Shown one piece after another: positions 26,407-40,235 of a DNA stretch of 64,000 bases. This DNA is from Eledone cirrhosa. Lineage: Eukaryota. The DNA lies in contig OZ024757.1 of the NCBI GenBank assembly GCA_964016885.1, positions 19,344,001 to 19,408,000 on the forward strand, in the 5' to 3' direction. Position numbers and translations under genes: made by a program. How positions within the stretch are numbered: position 1 is the first letter of the stretch; each line of letters begins with the position of its first letter. The notes beneath the pieces were generated by a model. It saw only the letters and a program-made list of their open reading frames with translations. It was not told the origin of the DNA and did no database searches.

Positions 26407-26522
26407 TTAACCTTCTTGGCGCTGCAGAGGACTGAATGCACCGATAGAGTAATCTCCACTTAATACATAATACAGTGTCAAGGGAAGTAATTCGTTACAA
26501 AAATCAGCCTCCAGAAGGTTAA
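26407..26522. mobile_element. ~115-bp TTAA-flanked MITE (related copies at ~11050-11160 and ~21461-21574)
   Basis: TTAACCTTC...GAAGGTTAA inverted ends; the three copies share internal motifs (atagagtaatctccacttaatacataatacagtgtcaaggga). Confidence 0.6.
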
Positions 26523-26546
26523 TATACACAGACACACATATACATG

Positions 26547-26593
<47 letters not shown>

Positions 26594-27462
26594 AGTTGTT
26601 GTCTTGGATCAAATCATTCCAACTATTGTTTCACTAAGTTATTACTACACCACCTCCACGGACAACAACACCGCTGCCACACCAACAATGCTACTACTAC
26701 ACCAATGACACTAAACTACCACCACCACTACTTCTATAACAACTACGCTACCAATAACAAAAAAAAACACCTCCAACACCACCACCACAACAACAACAAC
26801 GGTACTACTACACCACCTCCACGGACAACAACACCGCTGCCACACCAACAATAACACAACACCACCACTACTTCTACAACAACTACGCTACCAATAACAA
26901 AAAAAAACACCTCCAACACCACCACCAACAATAACACACCACCATGAGCCCTAAAATAGTCTGAGTTTTAGAAATGTTGACTTGCTGATTTCTTTTTATT
27001 TATTTTGTTTTCCTGAGTAAAGAGAAGAAAAAACTTCAATAATAATAATGATAATAACAATAATGATTTTTTTTATATTAGCCACACAGGGTTCACATTA
27101 AGGAAACATTAAAGACAGTACAGGACGAGACAATGCGGGGTTGTTCTTTTATAAAAGAGACTAAGAAAATAAACATTTAAAACAAACATAACAACTTCCC
27201 CAAAGGTGGGGAGACTCTAAGGGTCACTAGTGTAGAAATCCCACAAAAGCCATGGTCAGCCTGTCTACTAGGGCAAAGTGCCCCCTCCCAGTCTTTCTAC
27301 TCCAATCTACAATCTACTCCAGTCTGCTCAAGTCAGACCCATTTCACACGGACCATGACTGATAATTCATACCGGAGCACTAGATTCTATCTGGAAGGGT
27401 TTTCAAGGAGGGTTAGAGAACATTAGTCTAGCCCCCTTTTTTAAATTTTTTTTTTTATTTTT

Positions 27463-27603
27463 GAACACTTCAAAAGGCATGCTTGCTAGGAACAGCAAGA
27501 ACCCTCTGATATGTCTTGAATATATGAGGTTCCAGGTAGCAGCTTGATGTTCATTTGAACAAACTTTCCAGTTATATAACATCAATGACTGCGACTCCAA
27601 GAA

Positions 27604-27640
<37 letters not shown>
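27463..27640 (+). mobile_element. Short R4/Dong-like 3' end upstream of a (taa)n run
   Basis: LQKACLLGTARTL*YVL-like peptide followed by a UTR and (aat)n. Confidence 0.45.
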
Positions 27641-28173
27641 TTGACAATCTCTTTTAATTCTAATGAAACCTTTCTTTAAATAGAAAACAAATTCAACTGA
27701 GTTATACATCAAATAATGATAATACTATTTGATTCGTTTGCAAGCAAACAGCCTCATTATGCTATGTTTTGTTTTTGTTTTTTAGATGACCATCACCATC
27801 CTTTTGTTCTACTGGTGACAGAGAAACAATCGACAATGATATTGTTACTGGGTTATTGCCCTTTGTCAAGATTGTGTATCTCTCTCTCTCTCTCTCTCTC
27901 TTGTCACTCACTGGAAATCTTGAGAATATGTTGTATAGTCTAAACTATACATCGGCTGATTAGCCTCAACTGAGATTTATTTTACTCTCCTGTGAGTGTG
28001 TCTATATATATATATATATATAATTATACATACAGTTATGTGTGAGTGTGTATATATATATATATATATAGAGACACATTCATACATAACTGTATGTATA
28101 ATTATATATATATATATATAATTATACATACAGTTATGTGTGAGTGTATATATATATACACACACATTCATAC

Positions 28174-28218
<45 letters not shown>

Positions 28219-28420
28219 TACATACAGTTATGTGTGAGTGTATATATATATATACACACATTCATATATATATATATATATATATGGTATCACTGAATTA
28301 TTATTTAACGAATTGTTAATTATTTTTTATTGATTATAATACAAATTTTATACATTTGTTGACATAAGATTGGGTACAAGAGATTCTAAAATAACTTTAA
28401 TAAACCATTGTATTTATTTA

Positions 28421-28463
<43 letters not shown>

Positions 28464-28646
28464 GTGTGTGTGTGTGTATGTATATATATATACACACGTG
28501 TGTGTGTGTGTATATATATGAGTGTGTGTGTGTATGTATATATATATATATATGTATGTATGTGTGTGTATATATACACACATGCATGTATATGTATATA
28601 TATATACACGTGTGTGTGTGTATATATATGAGTGTGTGTGTGTATG

Positions 28647-28677
<31 letters not shown>

Positions 28678-28764
28678 GTGTGTATATATACACACATGCA
28701 TGTATATGTATATATATATACACGCGTGTGTGTGTATATATATGAGTGTGTGTGTGTATGTATG

Positions 28765-28795
<31 letters not shown>

Positions 28796-28876
28796 GTGTA
28801 TATACACACATGCATGTATATGTATATATATACACACGTGTGTGTGTGTATATATATGAGTGTGTGTGTGTGTATG

Positions 28877-28907
<31 letters not shown>

Positions 28908-28994
28908 ATATATACACACATGCATGTATATGTATATGTATATATATATACACGTGTGTGTGTGTATATATATGAGTGTGTGTGTGTATGTATG

Positions 28995-29027
<33 letters not shown>

Positions 29028-29166
29028 GTGTGTATATATACACATGCATGTATATGTATATATATATATGTGTATGTTTTTTTTGTTTGTTTATTTGTTC
29101 TATGCACCATCCCTCCTCATTATCCATAATAAGGGCCTAATGAGACTCTGGAGTCTTGTGTCAGTT

Positions 29167-30506
29167 TTTAACCCTACAATGGACTGGTGTCCTATCCAGG
29201 AGGAAGTCTTGTACTCTCAGTCGCTTCACGCCACAGAAACTGAGATAATAAGCTCGGGCCTGACGAACCTCCAGGTTCTAGACAAACTTTAACCCTACAA
29301 TGGACTGGTGTCCTATCCAGGAGGAAGTCTTGTACTCTCAGTCGCTTCACCCCACAGAAACTGAGATAATAAGCTCGGGCCTGACGAACCTCCAGATTCT
29401 AGACAAACTTTAACCCTACAATGGACTGGTGTCCTATCCAGGAGGAAGTCTTGTACTCTCAGTCGCTTCACGCCACAGAAACTGAGATAATAAGCTCGGG
29501 CCTGACAAACCTCCAGATTCTAGACAAACTTTAACCCTACAATGGACTGGTGTCCTATCCAGGAGGAAGTCTTATACTCTCAGTCGCTTCACGCCACAGA
29601 AACTGAGATAATAAGCTCGGGCCTGACAAACCTCCAGATTCTAGACAAACTTTAACCCTACAATGGACTGGTGTCCTATCCAGGAGGAAGTCTTGTACTC
29701 TCAGTCGCTTCACGCCACAGAAACTGAGATAATAAGCTCGGGCCTGACAAACCTCCAGATTCTAGACAAACTTTAACCCTACAATGGACTGGTGTCCTAT
29801 CCAGGAGGAAGTCTTGTACTCTCAGTCGCTTCACGCCACAGAAACTGAGATAATAAGCTCGGGCCTGACAAACCTCCAGATTCTAGACAAACTTTAACCC
29901 TACAATGGACTGGTGTCCTATCCAGGAGGAAGTCTTGTACTCTCAGTCGCTTCACGCCACAGAAACTGAGATAATAAGCTCGGGCCTGACGAACCTCCAG
30001 ATTCTAGACAAACTTTAACCCTACAATGGACTGGTGTCCTATCCAGGAGGAAGTCTTGTACTCTCAGTCGCTTCACGCCACAGAAACTGAGATAATAAGC
30101 TCGGGCCTGACGAACCTCCAGATTCTAGACAAACTTTAACCCTACAATGGACTGGTGTCCTATCCAGGAGGAAGTCTTGTACTCTCAGTCGCTTCACGCC
30201 ACAGAAACTGAGATAATAAGCTCGGGCCTGACAAACCTCCAGATTCTAGACAAACTTTAACCCTACAATGGACTGGTGTCCTATCCAGGAGGAAGTCTTG
30301 TACTCTCAGTCGCTTCACCCCACAGAAACTGAGATAATAAGCTCGGGCCTGACAAACCTCCAGATTCTAGACAAACTTTAACCCTACAATGGACTGGTGT
30401 CCTATCCAGGAGGAAGTCTTGTACTCTCAGTCTCTTCACCCCACAGAAACTAGAATAAACTCCAGCCTAACGAATCTCCAGGCTCGTGACGGACTCTAGA
30501 CCTTTT
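29167..30506 (+). repeat. 11 x 121-bp tandem array derived from a SINE 3' body
   Basis: The unit accctacaatggactggtgtcctatccaggaggaagtcttgtactctcagtcgcttcacgccacagaaactgagata... is homologous to the reverse complement of ~5190-5310. Confidence 0.9.
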
Positions 30507-31039
30507 AAACATTACCATACTACTACAAGTTATATATGTGTCTTGTTGTTGTTGTTGTTGTTGTTGTCCTAACTATGTCATGTGGTCTTTAGAAGGCAAA
30601 GAAATGTTTATATTGTACAAAGACTAAAATTAATACACAATAAGCTATTTATTGATAAACAACAAAATCTATAAAATTAAGAAATTTTAAGACTATCAAT
30701 TTACTCTCACTTTCAAAATATGAATGTGCTTCTATTTTTTTTTAAATTCAACTGCTGGCTAAGTCTTTCAAGGAGTCCATCACACCTAAATTTAAATAAA
30801 CATGCAGAGACTAAGAATAACATTGAATTTTTAGGAAATAGATTTTTTTTTATAACATTATTATTATTATTATCGGTAGAGCGTCAGACACCATGCTTTG
30901 CAGCATAGAGTTATGACCCTGAGTTGAAATCCCGCTGAGGTTAACTTTGCTTTTCATCCTTACGGGGTCAGTAAAATAAAGCACCAGTAATGCATTGCGG
31001 TCAATGAAATAAAGCACCAGTAATACACTCGGTTCGATT

Positions 31040-33165
31040 TACAGACGACAATATATCTTCCAAGGAAATGGAGAAACTCTCTAAATATAAAGATCTAGAG
31101 ATAGAACTAACTTGAATGAGGAAAATGAAAACAGAAACAATACCTATAATAATAGGTGATCTGGGAATGATAAAAAATACACACAGACAAATACATAGCC
31201 AAAACCACAGGACTTACAAATATATACAACATACAAAAGATAGCACTACTAGGCACTGTGTATATATTATATAGAGTACCAACAGGACTTACAAATATAT
31301 ACAGCATACAAAAGATAGCAATACTAGGCACTGTGTATATATTATATAGAGTACTACAGGACTTACAAATATATACAGCATACAAAAGGTAGCACTACTA
31401 GGTACTGTATATATATTATATAGAGTACTACAGGACTTACAAATATATACAGTATACTAAAGATAGCACTACTAGGTACTGTATATATATTATATAGAGT
31501 ACCACAGGACTTACAAATATATACAGCATACTAAAGATAGCACTACTAGGTACTGTATATATATTATATAGAGTACTACAGGACTTACAAATATATACAG
31601 TATACAGAAGATAGCACTACTAGGTACTGTATATTATATAGAGTAACACAGGACTTACAAATATATACAACATACAAAAGATAGCACTACTAGGCACTGT
31701 GTATATATTATATAGAGTACCACAGGACTTACAAATATATACAGCATACAAAAGGTAGCACTACTAGGTACTGTATATTATATAGAGTACCACAGGACTT
31801 ACAAATATATACAGTATACAAAAAATAGCACTACTAGGTACTGTATATATATTATATAGAGTACTACAGGACTTACAAATATATACAGTATACAGAAGAT
31901 AGCACTACTAGGTACTGTATATTATATAGAGTAACACAGGACTTACAAATATATACAACATACAGAAGATAGCACTACTAGGTACTGTATATATATTATA
32001 TAGAGTACTACAGGACTTACAAATATATACAACATACAAAAGATAACACTAGTAGGTACTGTATATATATTATATAGAGTACCACAGGACTTACAAATAT
32101 ATACAACATACCAAAGATAGCACTACTAGGTACTGTATATATATTATATAGAGTACCACAAGACTTACAAATATATACAGTATACAGAAGATAGCACTAC
32201 TAGGTACTGTATATATATTATATAGAGTACCACAGGACTTACAAATATATACAGTATACAGAAGATAGCACTACTAGGCACTGTATATATATTATATAGA
32301 GTATTACAAGACTTACAAATATATATAACATACAAAAGATAGCACTACTAGGTACTGTATATATATATATATTATATAGAGTACCACAGGACTTACAAAT
32401 ATATACAGTATACAGAAGGTAGCACTACTAGGTACTGTATATATATATATTATATAGAGTACCACAGGACTTACAAATATATACAGCATACAGAAGATAG
32501 CACTACTAGGTACTGTATATATATTATATAGAGTACCACAGGACTTACAAATATATACAACATACAGAAGATAGCACTACTGGGTACTGTATATTATATA
32601 GAGTACCACAGGACTTACAAATATATACAACATACAAAAGGTAGCACTACTAGGTACTGTATATATATTATATAGAGTACTATAGGACTTACAAATATAT
32701 ACAGTATACAGAAGATAGCACTACTAGGTACTGTATATATATTATATAGAGTACTACAGGACTTACAAATATATACAACATACAAAAGATAGCATTACTA
32801 GGTACTGTATATATATTATATAGAGTACTACAGGACTTACAAATATATACAACATACAGAAGATAGCACTACTAGGTACTGTATATTATATAGAGTACCA
32901 CAGGACTTACAAATATATACAGTATACAGAAGGTAGCACTACTAGGTACTGTATATATATATTATATAGAGTACTACAGGACTTACAAATATATACAGCA
33001 TACAACAGATAGCACTACTAGGTACTGTATATATATTACGAAAAGTACTATCAATACAATAGAAACATCAACAAAAACTACACTGCACATACCCAAGGCA
33101 CACACAGCTGTGCTCGGTAAAGCAGTAATGATGCCCAAAAGAAATAATGGAAATAATAATAATAA
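31040..33165 (+). mobile_element. R4/Dong-like RLE non-LTR retrotransposon 3' end with an internal array of ~25 x 74 bp (31204-33038)
   Basis: KEMEKLSKYKDLEIE...ETIPIIIGDLGMIKK...TTGLTNIYNIQKIALLGT [array] ...RKVLSIQ*, a short 3' UTR, then (taa)n. KYxDL/PIIIGxLG are RLE C-terminal motifs. Confidence 0.75.
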
Positions 33166-34308
33166 TAGTTGTCTCTTTTTTCAGCACAAGGCCAGCAATT
33201 ACCCTGGTGCTTTATTTTATCGACCCCGTAAGGATGAAAGGCAAGGTTATCCTCAGCGGGATTTAAACTCTTAACATAAAGGGCCATAACTCTATGCTGC
33301 AAAGCATCATAATAATAATAATAATAATAATTGTTTCTACTTTTGGCACAAGACCAGCAATTATCCCAGTTTATTACTGGTACTTTATGATAATAATAAC
33401 AAAAATATTTTAATGTGTTTCGAAATGAACTTAGTTCTCTCTGCTAAAAGTTTATGTTTCGTGACAAAGAAAATTACAAGAAAGAAATCTTTCTGTTATG
33501 AAAATCCCTTAAATTATAGATTTTAAGGGATTTTGCTAATTCCCAAATTCTTCATTCCACCTTCATTAATCGCTCATTTTGATGATGGTTTTTTTTCTGG
33601 GGCAGGTGTGGGGGTGTGCCCTAATTTAAAAAGGGGTGGAGGGGATGGGCAGGGAGAGGGTGGCATGTTGTGTTTTTTTTTAACAATCAACTGTGTTTTA
33701 ATTGTAACGAGGAACCTTTTGTTTACAACAATTACTGTTTTTATTTTTAATTCTAATTTGAAAATCCCTGACCAACTTTCAAGACAAATTCTTCAAAAAT
33801 CTCAAATTTCACTGACACAAAGAGTGTGTTTGTATATATATATATATATATATAAATATGTATATATATATGTGTGTGTATATATGTATGTATATATTAT
33901 ATATGTTTATATATATATGTATGTATATATTATATATGTTTATATGTATGTATATATTATATATGTTTATATATATGTATATATTATATATGTTTATATA
34001 TATATATATATATATGTATATATTATATATGTTTATATATATTTATATATATATATATATATACGAGTGTGTGTATGTATATATATATATATATATATAT
34101 GTGTGTATGTATATATATATGTGTGTGGGTGTATATATATATATATATATAGGCTTTCAAATTATTTATTTATAAACATACCATATATCTTTAGATATAC
34201 AAAATCCACATACATATTTGTATACAGCTATGTCAAAGCTAAATTCTAAATATACATACATACGTATATATATATATATATACATACGTATATATATATA
34301 TATATACA

Positions 34309-34340
<32 letters not shown>

Positions 34341-34440
34341 TATATATTCATTAGTTAAGCAAAACAAGACCACAAATTTCACAAGGAAGACATTATTAAA
34401 AGATTGTCAACATATTTTAGTTTGATGTAAGGAATGTAGA

Positions 34441-34475
<35 letters not shown>

Positions 34476-34581
34476 CCCGTTTACAATTGTTTCGCTACTC
34501 TGTATAATATTTCTGGATCAGATGACTATGTATCATAATTGATCTGGTTCAGTTGAAAATAATTAACATATTTAAAAAAAA

Positions 34582-34631
<50 letters not shown>

Positions 34632-35448
34632 ACCCATAAAAAATGACAGGGTTTATAGCAAAAAAATAGTCTTTAATTTATTATTTACCACATAACGGCG
34701 ATGGATTGGCAGCATCGGTAGAGGGTCGGACGCCATGCTTTCCAGCATAGTTACGTCCCTTTACGATCTGAGTTCAAATCCCGCCGAGGTTGACTTTGCC
34801 TTTCATCCTTACGGGGTCGATAAAATAAAGTACCAGTAATGCACTGGATAATTGCTGGCCTTGTGCCTAAAGTAGAAACAATTATTTACCACATTAATAA
34901 TAATAATAATGAAATTATTGTGTACAGTGCTCAGGTGCATTACAACTCATCAAAGGTGCATGTATAGTACATAGAATAACATAAAGATAGCTTGAATCCT
35001 CGATTTTTCCTTGGGTTTCTTCCTCCAGCCATAACCAAGTTTCATTTAACAATCACTTAAATCACAATTGTCTTCAGTCATTATCTATCTCACTTTGGAC
35101 TGCTATTAGGATTTCAGCTTGTTGTTGTTATTGTCAGAAAAGAGACGATTCGGTATATATACATAAATAGATAGCTATAGATAGATAGACAGACAGATGG
35201 GTGGATGGATTGACAGATAGATAGATACCTAGCTGGGTATACAGACAGATAAATAGATATGTTGTTTGTATTTTCTGAAGATAGATATATTATATAGGTA
35301 GAAAGTTGCTGGTCTGCCTCTGACCGTCTTGTCAACACTGTGTGAGAGAGAGATAAGAGCTAGGGAGGAAGATATCAACTTACCAGTTCCCAGACACATC
35401 TAGCATAAAGTGTTTGTTTGTCACTTGATGCTTCGGTTTTATTATTAT

Positions 35449-35480
<32 letters not shown>

Positions 35481-36650
35481 TACATATAATAGTCATGATT
35501 ATAATTGAAGTCACAGCTGCAAGTAGCAGACTAACCTCGTCATCAAAGACTGCCACGAAGCATTCAATGATAAATATATAAACACATACATTATATATAT
35601 ATATATATATAAACACATACATTATATATATATATATACATTATATATTAGGGCATCCAATATGAAATTTGTAGTGAGGCATATTAAACTTTGTTTTTTC
35701 TACAAATTGCATACTTGACGATCCAATATATATATATAAATATATAGATACATACATTATATATTATATATACATTATTATTACTATATATATATATACA
35801 TTATATATATATATACATACATACATTATATATACACACACACACACACATATATATATACACACATACATATATATATATATACACACACACATATATA
35901 TATATATACACACACACATATATATATGTATACATACATATATATATGTATACACACACATATATCATATATATATATATATATATACACATACATATAT
36001 ATATATATACATATATATATACACACATATATATATGTATACACACACACACATATATATATACACACACATTGTATTCCATACATTTTTATTTCTGTTG
36101 TTTTTTTGTTTACATTCTTCTTCTTGGTAATTCTTATTTATTTTATCATTTTTTATTAAAACATTTTTTTTTAATATAAAGGAAGGGGAAAAAAATTATT
36201 AATTGTGTACAAAACTGGACTTTATGTTAACTTTTCTTCATTCCTTCTTGGGGGAAATATATATATATTATAAAAACAATCTAAAATATGGTGTTTGTTT
36301 CTCATTTATTGTTTTTATTGTATTGAGTTCTTCCACCCTTTGTCAGGTTTGGGGTTTTTTGCCCTGTAGGGTGTCCAAAATCACCCTCCTCACCAAGTAA
36401 ACTTGGTGGGGTTGCCGGTTTAGTCGCTGACGACCCGACCATGTGACATGTTGTACTGGATTACATGCTACCAGTAGCACCCAAGAGTGACCTGAGTGAA
36501 TTTAAATTTAAATTTAAAAAAAAAAATTCTTAATTTTATAATGTTGTTGATGTTATTGTTGTCGTTTGGTTTTGTGTGTGTTTTTATGCCAAATATAGTG
36601 TATGTACCCCTGGCATTTGTGGTCCTGGTTATTCGCGGAATTTTCCTTCT

Positions 36651-37560
36651 TCAAGTATCGGTCGCTCTCCAAAAGTTTTACAGTCAATCCCTAGCAGAGG
36701 AGACTTCTGGTGTCCCTGGCCCTAGGGCTTCCTCCCTATTCACAACCAAAGACGCTAAGCTAGCTACCCCTAGCAGTGGAGACTTCTGGTGTCCCTGGCC
36801 CTAGGGCTACCTCCCTATTCACCACCATAGACGCTAAGCTAGCTACCCCTAGCAGTGGAGACTTCTGGTGTCCCTGGCCCTAGGGCTACCTCCCTACTTA
36901 CCACCATAGGTACTGAGCTGGCTACCCCTAGCAGTGGAGAGTTCTGGTGTCTTTGGCCCTAGGCTACCTCCCTACTCAACACTCTAGGTGCTGAGCTGGC
37001 TACCCCTAGCAGTGGAGAATTCCGGTGTCTTTGGCCCTAGGGCTACCTCTCTACTCACCACCATAGGCACTGAGCTAGCTACCCCTAGCAGTGGAGACTT
37101 CTGGTGTCTTTGGCCCTAGGGCTACCACCATAGGCACTGAGCTAGCTACCCCTAGCAGTGGAGACTTCTGGTGTCTTTGGCCCTAGGGCTACCACCATAG
37201 GCACTGAGCTAGCTACCCCTAGCAGTGGAGACTTCTGGTGTTCTTGCCCCTAGGGCTACCTCCCTACTTACCACCATAGGCACTGAGCTAGCTACCCCTA
37301 GCAGTGGAGACTTCTGGTGTCCTTGCCCCTAGGGCTACCTCCCTACTTACCACCATAGGCACTGAGCTAGCTACCCCTAGCAGTGGAGACTTCTGGTGTC
37401 CTTGCCCCTAGGGCTACCTCCCTACTTACCACCATAGGCACTAAGCTGGTGAACTACAGGTGTGAGCCTCACAAGATAGAATGGCTCTTCCAACGCATCT
37501 CCTTCACCATCCTCCAGGGAAACACCTCTATTCTGTCCGCCGGGGCCATGAGGCGGCAAA
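36651..37560 (+). mobile_element. CRE-like RLE non-LTR retrotransposon C-terminus with an internal 10 x ~79-bp array (36688-37450)
   Basis: KYRSL..., repeated PLAVETSGVLAPRATSLLTTIGT, then EPHKIEWLFQRISFTILQGN, matching the recalled CRE-type P-AVET-G...LFQRIS-AIQRGN motif. Confidence 0.72.
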
Positions 37561-37792
37561 GGTTGAACAAGTTGGTCCTCAGAGCTAGTGAAACATATGT
37601 ACCTGGTTTGGCGCTGTTGTAGTAACTGGCCTTAATAATTATATTCAAACTCGCCCTACTGACTTGAGTTGCTCTAAAACTTGGATATTTTTACCTACCT
37701 ATTACTACTATATATATTATATCATATTTGAAACAATGTTGTCTCTGGTCAAGACGAAGTGCAAATATATTTAATTAAATATATATGAAAAT

Positions 37793-38029
37793 GAGAAAAC
37801 TCATCCCTAGAACAGTCGTTAAAATAACTAAATGCTGTCGAAGACTGCGATGGGCAAAGATGCCTGAGAGAGCAGTGGCCAGTGGTCAACAGAGAGACAA
37901 TCTACAAGGTGAGTGTGTGTCTCTGTTGACCACTAGTTGCTGGTCTCTGTCCTCTAACACATCTTTGCCCATCACTGTCTTTGACAGCATTTAGCTGTTT
38001 TAACGGCTGATCTAGCGATGAATTTTCTC
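37793..38029. repeat. Imperfect fold-back with ~110-bp arms (MITE-like)
   Basis: gagaaaactcatccctagaacagtcgttaaaataactaaatgctgtcgaagactgcgatgggcaaagatg... pairs with ...catctttgcccatcactgtctttgacagcatttagctgttttaacggctgatctagcgatgaattttctc. Confidence 0.75.
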
Positions 38030-38689
38030 GTTTTTTATAAGTATTCAAATATATTATATGTTGGACAGCATAAGGACGTCTCCACAGGTGGACACAGGTG
38101 TACACGGTGGCTATGGTTGGAGAAACTAAGAGCAGATAAGACACGTGGAGTTCTGTGAGAAAAACTTCAGGAAAACCTCAGGAAACTGGTTAGCTGCCTG
38201 ATCACCTAGCAGCCAGGTGAACACACCAGTCTGATTGACTTCTTACAGGTAAGTAGCGGAAACCACTAGAGGAAGCCAGATGCTAGCGTCCTCCGGGGAA
38301 ATGCCTTCTCCATTCTGTCCACCGGGCTGTGGGGAGGCCAGCACGTGGGACCCCAATTGCTCACCATATGGAGAGATGGGGAGGGCCAGAGAGATGGAAG
38401 CGATGACAGTGGGAGTTCGGCTGTTCTTTCATGTTTACTTAAGTTACAATTCCACTGTGATTAATTTTTTTTTCATTTTCTTAAAAATACACGTTGTCAT
38501 TGGAAGTGAATTTCTGATTAAATTTGATGCTACTGTGTGGAGGTAATTGACATGCTCAAAGGATGGGAACTCCACTATTCAGGTGTGGTGCCAGAAATGA
38601 CTGCACAGGTAGCAGTTCGTATTCTCATAAGTCATTCACTGGTAAGAAAATACTTAACAACCTCCCATCTGTAACAACACTGGAGCTAA

Positions 38690-38850
38690 AGGCGAGCGAG
38701 ACACTGACCCCCTGGAGAAGATACAAACTATGCAGTGTGGAAATACCCCAACAGACTGAGATCTGGTGTTGGATATGCAAAAGTCAATCTTGCAAAATGG
38801 GGATATTGAAAGGATGGGGACGATGTTTGTGACTGCGGCAACAACGAAGC
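38690..38850 (+). mobile_element. Degenerate Ingi/Vingi-like LINE C-terminal fragment
   Basis: Reads NRLRSGVGYAKVNLAKWGY*...VCDCG in one frame. Confidence 0.55.
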
Positions 38851-39191
38851 ATTGGCATTAGAAAATAACTTGCGTTTGTGCAGATATTTTCATTAAAATA
38901 TAGTCGAGGGGAGGTAACCAGGGTTGTGTGAGTGTATAGCGTGTTACAAAACGCCATCACCCAGACTGAGAATCGAACTTACAACCTTTCAATTGCAAAC
39001 CTATCGCTCTAACCACTAATTCGTCTAATATATATTGTGCGTGTGTGTATATATATATATATTTTTATTAGTACAAAATAAAAATTCAATATCACAAAAT
39101 ATATATATATATTTATACACACACGCAATATATATATGTATATATAATATATATATATAAGATCGGAGGCCATATTCAGTTTTATTTAAAA

Positions 39192-39253
39192 CTCTATTAT
39201 GCATATTTCACTGAGGACTATCAGTTAAGATAGCCTGAGCTCTTCAGATGGTA
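39192..39253 (-). ncRNA. Degenerate hammerhead motif
   Basis: ccat-CTGAAGA-gctcaggctatc..gatagtcctcagt-GAAA-tatgca-TA-atag. Confidence 0.45.
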
Positions 39254-39947
39254 AAACCTAAAATAAACTTTCAATTTGGAAGAGTCCAATAATTTCTCTG
39301 AAAGAGATTTCTTGATACAGAGGCCGGCCGAACAAGTGGTGTTGTGTTGTGTTGTTTCTTCGACGGCCGGCTTCTGTGTATACATACATATATATATTAT
39401 GTGTGTGTATATATATATGAAAAAGTATGACCCCGACGGCAGAGCTCAAGCCGTTTCGACGGCTATTTCTGGACTAAATTAGAATTTTTAGTCTGGTTTC
39501 TTGCCGCCACTCCTTCGTTATATATATATATATATATATATATCGGCGTGAAGAGATTATGGATTTATTTGCTTGGATATTTATTTTATACAATTTAAAG
39601 GATACCGTCGAGTCAAACTTTCGGGTAAGCAGTTTTCTTGTTTAAACATTTATTTCCAATATAAATAAACAAAACCTTATCTACCTTTATATATATATAT
39701 AGTAATAATAATAAATGTGAAGACTAAAATCCAAAGAGGGCTCGATAAGGATAAATATATATCAAATATATAAGAACCGTAGCGCAAATATTTATTAAAA
39801 TAACAGATTAAAGTTTAAGAAGATCCCGTTAAGGGTGAAAGCAGCGATTCTTTGCTTAAACTTTAATCTGTTATTTTAATAAATATATATATATGTGTGT
39901 GTGTGTGACGAAGCATAAGTCAATTGCATGAACTCATAATCCTTTAT

Positions 39948-40004
39948 TTACTGCTATATATATTTCGATGATAGCCATTGAATGGCTATGACCTCATCAG
40001 GCAC
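39948..40004 (-). ncRNA. Type I hammerhead motif
   Basis: tgc-CTGATGA-ggtcatagccat tca atggctatcatc-GAAA-tatata-TA-gca. Confidence 0.62.
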
Positions 40005-40072
40005 TTAGTCAGTTCTTAGGTTCTTAGATATGCCAGCTCTGTGTTTATAGTGTTGATGGTATCAGAGCCTTG

Positions 40073-40114
<42 letters not shown>

Positions 40115-40199
40115 AAAAGGTAAACAGAAATAACAACACAAACAGTACAGTATATGGAAGGAATATATTAGGTTCACGCTTGATATAGCAGGAAGAGGG

Positions 40200-40235
40200 T
40201 CTTAACGTTTCGGACGCTAGTCCTTCATCAGAAGA
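40200..40235 (-). ncRNA. Minimal type I hammerhead ribozyme
   Basis: tctt-CTGATGA-a-ggac tagc gtcc-GAAA-cg-TT-aaga; palindromic AACGTT stem III, typical of PLE minimal hammerheads. Confidence 0.7.

Noticed and set aside
29167-33038. Regular arrays as CRISPR
   Set aside because: No unique spacers; the units are whole tandem duplicates of TE segments.
18905-36320. Very long RasGAP 3' UTR
   Set aside because: Non-repetitive AT-rich islands look UTR-like, but no poly(A) site can be fixed from sequence alone.
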